In this document: positions 32,612 to 42,689 of the stretch, piece by piece | How positions within the stretch are numbered: the stretch's first letter is position 1 | Layout: every line of letters begins with the position of its first letter | Origin: an uncultured bacterium | GTDB taxonomy: Bacteria; Acidobacteriota; HRBIN11; JAKEFK01 | Assembly: GCA_963777505.1 (NCBI GenBank) | Contig: CAVZQN010000006.1 | Coordinates: 352,001-416,000 of the forward strand | Direction: 5' to 3' | DNA: 64,000 bases | Notes under the pieces: model-generated | Told to the model about the DNA's origin: nothing | The model's database searches: none | The model's input: the letters and a program-made list of their open reading frames with translations, nothing else | Program-made: the position numbers and the translations under genes

Positions 32612-33166
32612 ATGAAGAATTTACTGGTTATGCTTTTTATCCTATCGATGTCGTTTGGAGGATTGAACTCAAGCTTTGCTGCAGAAGTAATGGTAGGCGG
32701 TGAGGCGATGTTTACCACAAAAGACATTATCGATAATGCTGTGAATTCAAAGGATCATACAACGCTTGTTGCCGCCGTTAAGGCTGGTGATCTCGTGCAG
32801 ACGTTAAAAGGAAAAGGACCTTTTACTGTATTTGCTCCAACAAACGATGCATTTGAGAATCTGCCGGCAGGTACTGTTGATACTTTGTTGAAACCCGAAA
32901 ACAAGAGCACCCTTGTAAAAATTCTTACATATCACGTTGTGCCCGGTGCGTTTGATTACGAATCAATTAAGAAGGCAATCCAGGCTGGTAACGGTATGGC
33001 AGAACTGAAAACTGCAAGCGGTGGAAAATTAACTGCGATGATGAATGGCAGTCATAACATCGTTTTGAAAGATGAAAAAGGGAGTGTCTCAACAATTTCT
33101 ACATACGATGTGTATCAATCAAACGGCGTGATCCATGTGATCAATTCCGTAATTCTTCCGAATTAA
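32612..33166 (+). CDS. Fasciclin (FAS1) domain protein
   Basis: Signal peptide; TLVAAVKA, GPFTVFAPTNDAF, ILTYHVV, SNGVIHVI; RBS AAGGAG. Confidence 0.95.
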   Translation: MKNLLVMLFILSMSFGGLNSSFAAEVMVGGEAMFTTKDIIDNAVNSKDHTTLVAAVKAGDLVQTLKGKGPFTVFAPTNDAFENLPAGTVDTLLKPENKSTLVKILTYHVVPGAFDYESIKKAIQAGNGMAELKTASGGKLTAMMNGSHNIVLKDEKGSVSTISTYDVYQSNGVIHVINSVILPN

Positions 33167-33189
33167 AAACCCACAATCCTTATTTAAAC

Positions 33190-33214
33190 GGGCGGGTCTA
33201 AGACCCGCCCCTAC
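33190..33214 (-). repeat. GTAG-type REP whose GTAG contains the sulfatase stop codon
   Basis: Minus strand reads GTAG-GGGCGGGTCT-T-AGACCCGCCC; lies between convergent genes. Confidence 0.7.
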
Positions 33215-35133
33215 TGAATATAGCCGAGGGAACGCAGCTCTTCGAGGGCTTCGCGGCTGATGTCCTCTTGTTTGTAATAACGTGAGGGTTCAAATGAGCT
33301 TGACCACCGAGAAAGAATCCCTTCCATTTTCTTGAGTTCATCCGGCAAAGCCGTCGCAAGATTTTTTGTTTCGTACGGATCACTGTTGATCGCGTAGAGC
33401 TCACGTGTGCCGTCTGAACCCCAAATCATTTTCCATGATTCATTTCGAACCGCTTTTAAAATCTTTCTTTGCCACAACTTATTTGGCGGGAGATCCGGAA
33501 AATTGCGTTCCATTTTATCTGCAGCACGCGAGTTGTTGTATTCCGCAAAGGCAAAACCATGATTTTTGCGTTGGAAATTATCCGGTAAGAAATTGTAGCC
33601 TTGCAGCGGGAGCTTGTTTGGATTCGATTGTACAAAATGGAGTATGGATGGAAAAAAATCGATGGTCTGCACGACTTCTCTGACGCGCATGCCGCCAAAT
33701 TTTGCTTTTGGAAACCTGACAATCAAAGGCAGGCGTAACAATTCATCGTACAAACTGAGTTCATGGCTCATAAGCTGATGATCGCCAAAGTGTTCCCCAT
33801 GATCGGATGTAAAAATAACAAGAGTGTTATCCAACAAATTTTGTTTGCGAAGGTCTTGAAGTATTCCGCCAATCACTGTATCAACATAGTAAATGTCGTT
33901 TTCATAAAGAGCCTTCAGGATTTCAAAATCACGATCCGTCATTTTTATTTTTCCTGAAATGTACAATTCTGGATCCTGATTCACTTTTAATGCATGTTGT
34001 GAAGTGACTCCAGCCGGCAAGAATTTCTGTATCGAAGCAGTTGGAACTCCATATGGAGCATGTGGTTCCATTAAATGCAGAAAAAGAAAGAAAGGATGTT
34101 TTCCGGTCCAATCATGACGGAACCAGCTTCTAATTCCTTCTCGAGTTTCGGCGGCTCCCGAATCGGTTCGCGGATTAAATTTTCTTGAAATGAATTCAAC
34201 CAGAAGCATCAATGAAGAAGCTTCGTTTCTACCCCAGAATTCTTCATATTGTTGAAAGCCTCGAGCAAGTCCGGTTTGGCGCCGGATATAAACATTATTA
34301 ATAAAGCCTGCAGTTTGAAATCCGATCCGCGAAAGTTCGCCAGCGATAGTAGGACTTGAAGGATCCAGAAAAATATTTCTGCCATCGACGCCATTTCGTG
34401 ATGGATATTGTCCTGTAAACATAGAAGCATGAGATGGCGTAGTCCACGGACTTGTTGAAATTGCGTTTTCATACAACACACTTTCGCGCGTTAATGCTTC
34501 AAGATTCGGAGTAATCTTTCGTGGATATCCATACGATGTAATAAAGTCCCAGCGTAAAGTATCAACAACAATCAGAAGGATATTGGGCTTTGTTGTTGAA
34601 GGTGTTTCAGGTAACTGGAATCTTCTATGAAAATATTCATCAGCAAAAGTGCCGAGACAGCAAACTAGAAAAATCGCGGCTGCAAGTTGTTTTGATGAGG
34701 GCCGGCTTGTCACTTTCATTACAAGGAAACGCACGATGAAATAGAGCAGCACACAACTTGCAACAATTACGAAAGTCCAAAGGAGTCCTTGTGGCTCAAA
34801 TAAATGCGTTTTGAGCCAGAGCAGATGAGTCTTGATGAAGAAGATAATGAAAACAAGTGAACTAATCGTCAGGGCAATATGATTTGCAATAAAACGAGAT
34901 CGTTCGAATTCGCTTTTTGACGAACGATTCATGAACAGAATCCATGCGGCAAGAATGAGGGCTAAAAGAACTCCAAGCACCGCATGTGCTTGAAGTGTTC
35001 TATAGAGGTGGATCTTCGATATCTGATCGTGATAAATGTAGAGATTACTCAGGCGAGTATCCCAATAACCAGCAAGAAGTCCAGTAAAAACGTAAATTGC
35101 TGCAAGGAGTTTAAAGTTTTTCCAGAAACTCAC
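33211..35133 (-). CDS. Polytopic membrane sulfatase-like hydrolase/transferase (Thr nucleophile)
   Basis: About 5 TMs; PNILLIVVDTLRWD; WTTPSHAS; EPHAPY; TSDHGE; ends ELRSLGYIQ. Confidence 0.88.
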   Translation of the reverse strand: MSFWKNFKLLAAIYVFTGLLAGYWDTRLSNLYIYHDQISKIHLYRTLQAHAVLGVLLALILAAWILFMNRSSKSEFERSRFIANHIALTISSLVFIIFFIKTHLLWLKTHLFEPQGLLWTFVIVASCVLLYFIVRFLVMKVTSRPSSKQLAAAIFLVCCLGTFADEYFHRRFQLPETPSTTKPNILLIVVDTLRWDFITSYGYPRKITPNLEALTRESVLYENAISTSPWTTPSHASMFTGQYPSRNGVDGRNIFLDPSSPTIAGELSRIGFQTAGFINNVYIRRQTGLARGFQQYEEFWGRNEASSLMLLVEFISRKFNPRTDSGAAETREGIRSWFRHDWTGKHPFFLFLHLMEPHAPYGVPTASIQKFLPAGVTSQHALKVNQDPELYISGKIKMTDRDFEILKALYENDIYYVDTVIGGILQDLRKQNLLDNTLVIFTSDHGEHFGDHQLMSHELSLYDELLRLPLIVRFPKAKFGGMRVREVVQTIDFFPSILHFVQSNPNKLPLQGYNFLPDNFQRKNHGFAFAEYNNSRAADKMERNFPDLPPNKLWQRKILKAVRNESWKMIWGSDGTRELYAINSDPYETKNLATALPDELKKMEGILSRWSSSFEPSRYYKQEDISREALEELRSLGYIQ

Positions 35134-35225
35134 GCGCTCATATTATCGTGTAAAGGGTGATTGATCTACCCTGATAAAATTTTGTGTCTTTTCCGTTCTG
35201 TGGTTATAATTTGAGTTCTCAAAAA

Positions 35226-35299
<74 letters not shown>

Positions 35300-35359
35300 T
35301 TTTAAGAGTAACCACAGAGACGCAAAGTGCTTGATGCCTTTGCGTTTCCCCGCGGTTCC

Positions 35360-35433
35360 GCGCCCGTAGCTCAGCTGGATAGAGCATCTGCCTTCTAAGC
35401 AGAGGGTCGGCCGTTCGAGTCGGTCCGGGCGCA
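35360..35433 (+). tRNA. tRNA-Arg(TCT)
   Basis: GCGCCCG/CGGGCGC acceptor; tctgc-cttctaa-gcaga; GTTCGAG T-loop. Confidence 0.95.
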
Positions 35434-35440
35434 CTTTTAC

Positions 35441-36882
35441 TCATTCGCAGCTAGAATTCGTATGTGAAAATTTACGCGATGTTAGGCGAACGCGTTCAGC
35501 AGCGGCACGCATTTGGGCAATGACCTTTTCTTGCAGCATTTCTGGAAGAGTATCGATAGTATCATCAACCTGTTAAATAGCGTTCTAAGAGCGCAGGCAC
35601 ATCAACTGGGGGCACTTCTCGTTCGAACACCTGCATTGCTGCACCCTTCAGGCCTTTGCGTTTGCACAATTCGAAAGCCAGCCTGACTTCATCGATTTGA
35701 CCAATACATTCGAAAGGGGTGTGAGCTTCCAGCCCAAGCATCTGGCGGAACGAAAGCTGGTTTTCAGGTGTATCCAATAAATTTCCGTGTCCGTGAAAGA
35801 TGCGCTGAACAACTGCCGGATGGCAAATAGGCCATGTAGTTAATCCAGACATAAGCACATTTTGGACAGCGTCCGCACCAGGGTTTCTGGATATTGCATG
35901 AATGCGTATGAAGAACAGCATCAAGATCCTGGTCCAGCAAATTGAAGATTAAAACATCATAAACCGGCTTCAAAATGCTGAAGTAATCGCAGTTTACTAC
36001 AAGATTCATTCTAATGTAATCGTTCAAAAGCTTCTGTGCTTCATAAGACTTGCCCCATTGGTGATTGACTTCTTGTCCCGTACGCTCCCAAACAAGATTG
36101 CCGGTATCAGCACTGCGTTCATGTCCTAAACAAAGATGTGTGTAGCCATGCTGAAGAACCAGCGGAAGCGCAAAAAATATTGATGCAGGCGTTTCTGCGG
36201 CGATCAGCTTCTGTGCTCCGAATTCGGGAAATAAACGAACTACTGGACTATCCGTCAGGTCATCGTAATGCCACACTCGCCGGCGGGAACTTTTGGGAAT
36301 GTTGGCGGCATCGAGCAAAGCATCACACAGATTGTGCTGCAGCGGCGCAGAACCATAAATCGAACTTGAATAAACTAACGTGTGAAATGGTACTGCTGCG
36401 CGCTGAAGAAGTTTAAGTGAAACAAGGCTATCCTTTCCTCCACCGCAGAAGCTCAGGATTGGAACGTCACCCGGTTGAACTGTCACTGGATCTAAATTAG
36501 AAGACTCTATTGTTGGCACAACAAGGTCTGGCCCCGTGTAATCCGGTTTGTCGTGTTCGTAACGCCATTGTGCCCATGCGCCATGAACGATCGATTTCCA
36601 AAGCGACCAGAAGCTGTCCGAACAAAAACGCGCATAGGGTCCAGGATCAAAACGATCAGGACACAGACTCACCAGAGTATTCGCTGTAAATGCGGCGATG
36701 TGAAAAAAAATACGTTCCATGAATTCAGCGCCGTATTTTTCTTCCAGAAAATGAAAGTTAACATCGCCATACCAATATGACGCGTTGAAACGCAGGTCAT
36801 TCAGCCCGAACTCAAACGAGATCTGATGTCTCGAGCGCGTGTGCTTTCCAAGCCATAAAGTTCTGGATGGATCATTGAACAT
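35441..36882 (-). CDS. MurL-like PP-loop protein (UDP-MurNAc-L-Ala-L-Glu epimerase family); +1 frameshifts near 35817 and 35570
   Basis: CGGGKDS, HERSAD, VNHQWGKS, HSCN..PWCGRCPKC, PFECIG. A second shift gives a plausible tail VDDTIDTLPEMLQEKVIAQ... ending at TGA 35441; start overlaps upstream stop. Confidence 0.7.
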
Positions 36883-39800
36883 AGATAATTGGAGCATCGA
36901 CACTTCGTGCCGAATCATTGAGCGACTTTAGATCGGTGCTTAGCAATTGATTCAGTTCAGCTTCCTTCGCTTTCCAATCCTTTTTTGCAATTTCGTAGGA
37001 TTCGCGCATACCTTGTGTCGGTGCACCATCTCCATCGGCTACAGTTGAGAAAAGTGTTACCAGACGCCCATAGGATTGAACGCCTCCGCGGAAAGAAAAT
37101 ACATCGTACGCGACTTCTGCTTTCGCATTGTGCAGCTTTGATTCCAATGCGTCAGCTTTCTTATCAAATGCTTCCGAATCTTGAATAAGTTTTTCGGCTT
37201 TTGGATTTCCTTTCAAAATTTCATTGCGGTTTTGGATTTGTTTGCGGACGCTCTTCAATTTCTTAATCTGCTTCGAAATTTCAGTGACATCGTTCCGGAG
37301 CAATAACGCCAGATCTAATTGTGCTTTCAAATCTTGCTCAGAGACCTTAACTCTTGGATCGGAAATGACTTTGATTGGAGAAGTGTAAGCCTTGCCATTC
37401 ACATTTAATCGAAGTGTGTACGAACCTGGTAAAACCATCGGACCAGAAGATGCGCCACCAAACATTTGGGAGCGTGGAACCATATCAGGCGCATCATAAC
37501 TTAAGTTCCAGTACGCAACTTGAACGCCTGCTTGTTTTGGAAGTGCACTCTTCTTTGCTTGTTCTTCTTCTGACTTAGTATCATCGCCCAATCCCAAAAT
37601 TGGTTTCGGTACGCTGCTTAAAGTTGCGATTACTTTGTTCGAGCTATCAAGGACATCAACTGTAATATCATTTTTTTGTTCTTCTTTTAGCCAGTAATAA
37701 AAAACTGCGCCACTCGGTGGATTGTCACCACTCCATTTATCAGGAAATTCGTTTGTGTATCTCCATCGAATTGCATCAGGAACTGAAAACAAATGTGCAT
37801 CCGATTTCTTAAATTCATCCGAGATTTCACGGAGCACTGTTAGATGATCAAAAATCCAGATTGAACGTCCCAGCGTTCCAACCGCAAGACTGGAATCTTT
37901 GACTGCAAGATCATGTACAGCTACAGTCGGCAAATTTAGTTTCAAGGGCTTCCAGGATTTTCCACCATCGCGCGAATAAGAGACTCCCCGTTCCGTACCC
38001 AGATAAAGCAGGTCTTTCACTTTGGGATCTTCACGCACACAATGCAAATAAATATCTTGTGGCAAATTGGAATCTAACCGTTGCCATGAATCTCCAAGAT
38101 TTGTTGTTTTGTACAAATATGGTTTTGTGTTGTCCGATCTGTGTGCGTCAACAACAGCGTATGCAGTATTCGCATCGAAATGTGAAGTTTCAATAATCTT
38201 CACAGTTCCCCATTCCGGAATTCCAGACATTCCTTTCGTAACATTCTTCCAGGTCTTTCCGCCATCGGTTGTTACATGCACCAAACCATCATCAGTGCCT
38301 GCCCAGATCAAATCTTTTTGTAAGGGGGATTCTGAAATTGTAAAGATGGTGGAATATGTTTCCGCGCCTGTGTTATCACCAGTAATAGGACCACCTGACC
38401 ATCCGAGTTTTGAAGGATCGTTACGGGTTAGATCGCTGCTAATTTGTGTCCAGGTTTGGCCGCCATCGTTTGTTCGGAACAAAATATTTCCGCCATGATA
38501 AACGACTTTTGAATCGTGTGGTGAGACTGTAATCGGCGCAGTCCATTGAAAACGGAAACGCATATCTTTCGGATCATGACCGATCGGCATATCAGGATTA
38601 ATTCCAATATGACGCGCTTGCCGCGTGCGATGATCATAACGGGTAATGATGCCGCCATATTCGCCGGCATAAACAATATTTGGATCTGACCAATCCGATG
38701 CAGCCCATCCAGCTTCACCGCCTCCAACTCCATACCAATCGCTGGTTCGAATTCCGGAAGAGGATGGTGTCCGGCTTGGACCTTGTCCAGTTCCTATATC
38801 TTGAATGCCGCCAGCAACATGAAATGGAACACGGTTGTCTGCGCCAACATGATAAAACTGTGCAATCGGCAATGCTGGCCAGGACCAGGTTTGTCCGCCA
38901 TCAGTTGAAATATCAACGCCGCCATCATTTGCAGCAATCATACGTTTTGGATCTTTTGGATCAATCCAGAAATCATGATGATCGCTATGATGAAATCCAT
39001 CGATGGCACTAAATGTTGCGCCGCCATCGATGCTTTTTAGCATTGGAACTTGCGGAACCCAAATTTCATTAGGGTTGGTTGGATGAACAGTAAGAGTGGA
39101 GTAATACCATGCGCGTTGTCTTAAAAGACGATTGGCACTAACGCGCGACCAATTATCTCCGCCATCATCGGATCGGAACAAGCCTCCTTGCTCTGCTTCA
39201 ATCAATGCATACACACGACGCCCATCAGAAGGTGCAACAGCAATTCCAACTTTCCCCCAAATTCCATCAGGCAAGCCACTGGCGGTAAGTTGTTTCCATG
39301 TATCGCCTCCATCACGCGAAACATACATTCCACTTCCTGGACCGCCGCTTGTTAATCCCCAGGGATATCGCCGTGTCTGCCAAAAACCTGCAAAAATAAT
39401 ATTTGGGTTTGATGGATCAAATGCGACATCGGATGCTCCAGTATCCTGATCTTTCTTTAGCACCTGTTGCCAGGTTTTTCCGCCATCCTTCGTTCGATAA
39501 ACTCCGCGTTCAGGATTGGGCCCAAATGCGTGTCCTAAAACTGCAGCGAAAGCCACATCGGCATTTAATGGATGAACGATCATCGTGCCGATTTGACCTT
39601 CTTGTTTCCAAACATGATTCCAGGTTTTTCCGCCATCTACCGATTTATATATTCCATTTCCTGCTGCTACATTGCCGCGGATGTTTGCTTCGCCGGCTCC
39701 AACATAAATGACGTTTGTATCGGATGGAGCAATCGCAAGTGAACCGATCGATGAAATTGGTTGATCATCAAAAATGGGTTTCCAACTATTTCCACCATCA

Positions 39801-40048
39801 ACAGTTTTCCAGACTCCGCTTGCTGCGGCACCGAAGTAGTACACATTTGGATCGCCAGGAACTCCTGCTGCCCGTGAAACACGACCACCCCATGCTGGCC
39901 CAATCGACCTGTATTTAAGAGCCTTCAGCTCAGTATCGTCTTTTGGTGCTTTAGTCTCGGCACTAAAGCTCACTGCGCTTCCAAACAGAAAAATCACGAG
40001 CCAGATTGAAAAGGTGATCCTGAAATTTTTTCGGTCGACTAGGCGCAT
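36872..40048 (-). CDS. Secreted VPS10/BNR-repeat beta-propeller glycosyl hydrolase-like protein
   Basis: YRSIGPAWGGR, many SxDGGxTW Asp-boxes, RFQWTAPI, C-terminal coiled coil; RBS GGAGGG before ATG40048. Confidence 0.9.
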   Translation of the reverse strand: MRLVDRKNFRITFSIWLVIFLFGSAVSFSAETKAPKDDTELKALKYRSIGPAWGGRVSRAAGVPGDPNVYYFGAAASGVWKTVDGGNSWKPIFDDQPISSIGSLAIAPSDTNVIYVGAGEANIRGNVAAGNGIYKSVDGGKTWNHVWKQEGQIGTMIVHPLNADVAFAAVLGHAFGPNPERGVYRTKDGGKTWQQVLKKDQDTGASDVAFDPSNPNIIFAGFWQTRRYPWGLTSGGPGSGMYVSRDGGDTWKQLTASGLPDGIWGKVGIAVAPSDGRRVYALIEAEQGGLFRSDDGGDNWSRVSANRLLRQRAWYYSTLTVHPTNPNEIWVPQVPMLKSIDGGATFSAIDGFHHSDHHDFWIDPKDPKRMIAANDGGVDISTDGGQTWSWPALPIAQFYHVGADNRVPFHVAGGIQDIGTGQGPSRTPSSSGIRTSDWYGVGGGEAGWAASDWSDPNIVYAGEYGGIITRYDHRTRQARHIGINPDMPIGHDPKDMRFRFQWTAPITVSPHDSKVVYHGGNILFRTNDGGQTWTQISSDLTRNDPSKLGWSGGPITGDNTGAETYSTIFTISESPLQKDLIWAGTDDGLVHVTTDGGKTWKNVTKGMSGIPEWGTVKIIETSHFDANTAYAVVDAHRSDNTKPYLYKTTNLGDSWQRLDSNLPQDIYLHCVREDPKVKDLLYLGTERGVSYSRDGGKSWKPLKLNLPTVAVHDLAVKDSSLAVGTLGRSIWIFDHLTVLREISDEFKKSDAHLFSVPDAIRWRYTNEFPDKWSGDNPPSGAVFYYWLKEEQKNDITVDVLDSSNKVIATLSSVPKPILGLGDDTKSEEEQAKKSALPKQAGVQVAYWNLSYDAPDMVPRSQMFGGASSGPMVLPGSYTLRLNVNGKAYTSPIKVISDPRVKVSEQDLKAQLDLALLLRNDVTEISKQIKKLKSVRKQIQNRNEILKGNPKAEKLIQDSEAFDKKADALESKLHNAKAEVAYDVFSFRGGVQSYGRLVTLFSTVADGDGAPTQGMRESYEIAKKDWKAKEAELNQLLSTDLKSLNDSARSVDAPIIYVQ

Positions 40049-40188
40049 TCTGCCCTCCGTTCTTAGTTGGATTCTTCCATGATACACACCTCGAGCCATG
40101 GGTGGTAGGGGCAGTGCCAAGTCTTCGTGCATGTTACAATTCGAACATGCAAGATTCATCTGCAAATGGTGAGGATGTAGTCAGCTAA

Positions 40189-42684
40189 ATGCCTGCATAC
40201 GGGCGAATCTTCTCTCGAATTCTTCTGTTGTTCGTGCTTCTCATTGCGGCGTTTTCAGCATTTACATTTCTAACTGTGCGCCGTTCTTTTCCTGCGCTTC
40301 AAGGAGAGATCAAATTAAGTGGACTGAATTCGCGCGTTAGGGTTCTTCGCGATCCCCATGGAATTCCGCAAATTTATGCCTCAAATCAACATGATCTATT
40401 TTTTGCGCAGGGTTTTGTTCATGCGCAGGACCGATTCTGGCAGATGGATACTTGGAGACACACTGGTTCGGGACGGCTTTCTGAATTGTTCGGCAAATCG
40501 CAAGTAGATACGGATAAATTTCTTCGCACACTCGGTTGGAAGAGGACGGTTCAAAAGGAACTTGAAAAAACGGATTCGCATTCGCTCAGTATTCTTCGTG
40601 CATATTCAGATGGTGTGAACGCTTATATCAAACAAAATCAAGGAAGCAAATTGTCGCTTGAATACGTATTGCTGTCGGTCATGAATCGAAATTATAAGCT
40701 TGAAGATTGGCAGCCCGAGCACTCATTAACGTTCGGCAAAGTGATGTCGTGGGATCTTTGCATGAATATGTTTAGTGAAATTAACCGTTCAATTCTGTCG
40801 AAGGCCCTCTCCCAGGATCAAGTTGATGAGATCTATCCTTTGTATCCGGCCGATGGACCATTTGTCGTTACACAATTGAGCAACCAACCGGTTGATTCTT
40901 CACGGTCTGAAGTTTTTCGTTCGCCTGAATTGGATCAATCAATACTGAATCTACATGCTTCACTTCAAAACTTACCTGATGTAATTGGTGTACGCGGCGA
41001 ATCGATGGGCTCAAACAATTGGGTCATTTCAGGATCCAAAACTACAACCGGAAAGCCAATTCTAGCGAATGATCCACATCTTGATGCACAAATGCCTTCG
41101 ATCTGGTATGAAGCCGGACTTCATTGTGAGCCTGTCTCCGAAGCGTGTCCGTTTGATGTTACGGGATTTTCATTTGCAGGTGTTCCTGGAATTATCCTGG
41201 GTCACAATGCTCGAATCGGCTGGGCAATGACAAATGTGGGCTCAGATGTGATGGATTTGTATATCGAAAAAATAAATCCGGAAAATCCAAATCAGTATCA
41301 GTTCAAAGATGAATGGCATGACATGCAAATCATTCAGGAAAAGATCCGTGTTGCCGGAGAAGATGATATTGATTTTAAGATTCGCAGCACACGTCATGGA
41401 CCGATCATTTCAGATACGATGTCGTCACTTGAAGATTTTGAAAAGGCCAGCGGACAAGATTTGCCAGACAAGTTCGCGATTACGTTGCGCTGGACTGCAC
41501 TCGAACCTTCCGAAGTGTTTCCAGCGATTTGGAAAATGAATATCGCAAAAAATTGGACAGAGTTTCGCAGCGCTGCGTCCGAATTTGATGTTCCTTCACA
41601 AAACCTGCTTTACGCAGACGTTGATGGAAACATTGGATATCAAACTCCTGGATTAATTCCTATCCGCTCCAAGGGTGATGGACGTTTTCCAGTGCCTGGT
41701 TGGACTGGAGAATACGAATGGACCGGCTATATTCCGTTTGATCAACTTCCTTCAATGTTCAATCCATCTGAAGGTTTTATTGTTTCAGCAAACAATCAAG
41801 TCGTTTCTTCTGAGTATCCGCATTTGATATCGAACGATTGGGAAGCAGGATTTCGCGCGTCGCGGATCGTTGAGTTGATTCGGAATCATCAAGCACCGAT
41901 CGATACGAAGTTTGTTGAAACTATGCAAGGTGACAACAAGAACGGAAAAGCTGAAATCGTTCTTCCTTATTTATTAAGTTTGAAAATTGAAAAGTCCGAA
42001 CTCCAGGGCCCGCTTGAGTTGCTTCGGAGATGGAACCATCAACAAGGAATCGATTCCGCAGGCGGAGCAATGTTCGAGATGTTCTGGAAACATCTCATGG
42101 CAAAAACATTCCAGGATGATTTACCGGAGGATTTCTGGCCCGGTGGATCCGATCGCTGGGGTTATGTAATTCAACGCGCTCTTCAAAATAACCACTGGTG
42201 GGACAATAAAAAGACATCTGCCATCGAAACACGCGACGACATCTTTCGTACAGCATTCGAAGATGCAGTGAAGGAATTACAAAGCATTCAGGGAAATGAT
42301 CCGACTCAATGGAGATGGGGCGCGTTGCACACGCTGACATTTAAGAATCAGACTTTAGGATTGTCAGGAATTGGCGCTGTTGAATTCTTATTGAACCGCG
42401 GACCTTTTGAATCCGGCGGTGGAACTGCAATCGTAAATGCAACCGGTTTCAATCCACGTCGCTCTTTTGAAGTTACAGGTCTTCCTTCAATGCGAATGAT
42501 TGTTGATTTTTCAGACTTTGACCAATCGCGAGCAATCAATACAACGGGACAATCAGGCCACGCATATCACGGCAACTATATTGATATGGCCGACGATTGG
42601 AGAAAGATTCAATATCATCAATGGAATTTTGGCAAAAAGGCTGCTGAAAAGAGTGCGGCTAATGAATTGATCCTGTTACCTTGA
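40189..42684 (+). CDS. Penicillin acylase family Ntn-hydrolase (possible AHL acylase)
   Basis: RDPHGIPQIYA, HAQDRFWQM, GSNNW nucleophile, LANDPHL, GQSGH. Confidence 0.93.
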   Translation: MPAYGRIFSRILLLFVLLIAAFSAFTFLTVRRSFPALQGEIKLSGLNSRVRVLRDPHGIPQIYASNQHDLFFAQGFVHAQDRFWQMDTWRHTGSGRLSELFGKSQVDTDKFLRTLGWKRTVQKELEKTDSHSLSILRAYSDGVNAYIKQNQGSKLSLEYVLLSVMNRNYKLEDWQPEHSLTFGKVMSWDLCMNMFSEINRSILSKALSQDQVDEIYPLYPADGPFVVTQLSNQPVDSSRSEVFRSPELDQSILNLHASLQNLPDVIGVRGESMGSNNWVISGSKTTTGKPILANDPHLDAQMPSIWYEAGLHCEPVSEACPFDVTGFSFAGVPGIILGHNARIGWAMTNVGSDVMDLYIEKINPENPNQYQFKDEWHDMQIIQEKIRVAGEDDIDFKIRSTRHGPIISDTMSSLEDFEKASGQDLPDKFAITLRWTALEPSEVFPAIWKMNIAKNWTEFRSAASEFDVPSQNLLYADVDGNIGYQTPGLIPIRSKGDGRFPVPGWTGEYEWTGYIPFDQLPSMFNPSEGFIVSANNQVVSSEYPHLISNDWEAGFRASRIVELIRNHQAPIDTKFVETMQGDNKNGKAEIVLPYLLSLKIEKSELQGPLELLRRWNHQQGIDSAGGAMFEMFWKHLMAKTFQDDLPEDFWPGGSDRWGYVIQRALQNNHWWDNKKTSAIETRDDIFRTAFEDAVKELQSIQGNDPTQWRWGALHTLTFKNQTLGLSGIGAVEFLLNRGPFESGGGTAIVNATGFNPRRSFEVTGLPSMRMIVDFSDFDQSRAINTTGQSGHAYHGNYIDMADDWRKIQYHQWNFGKKAAEKSAANELILLP

Positions 42685-42689
42685 TGCGC

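Noticed and set aside
35480-35490. Integron attC core GTTAGGC near tRNA-Arg
   Set aside because: No complementary core site or intI; the sequence is probably the coding tail of the MurL-like gene.
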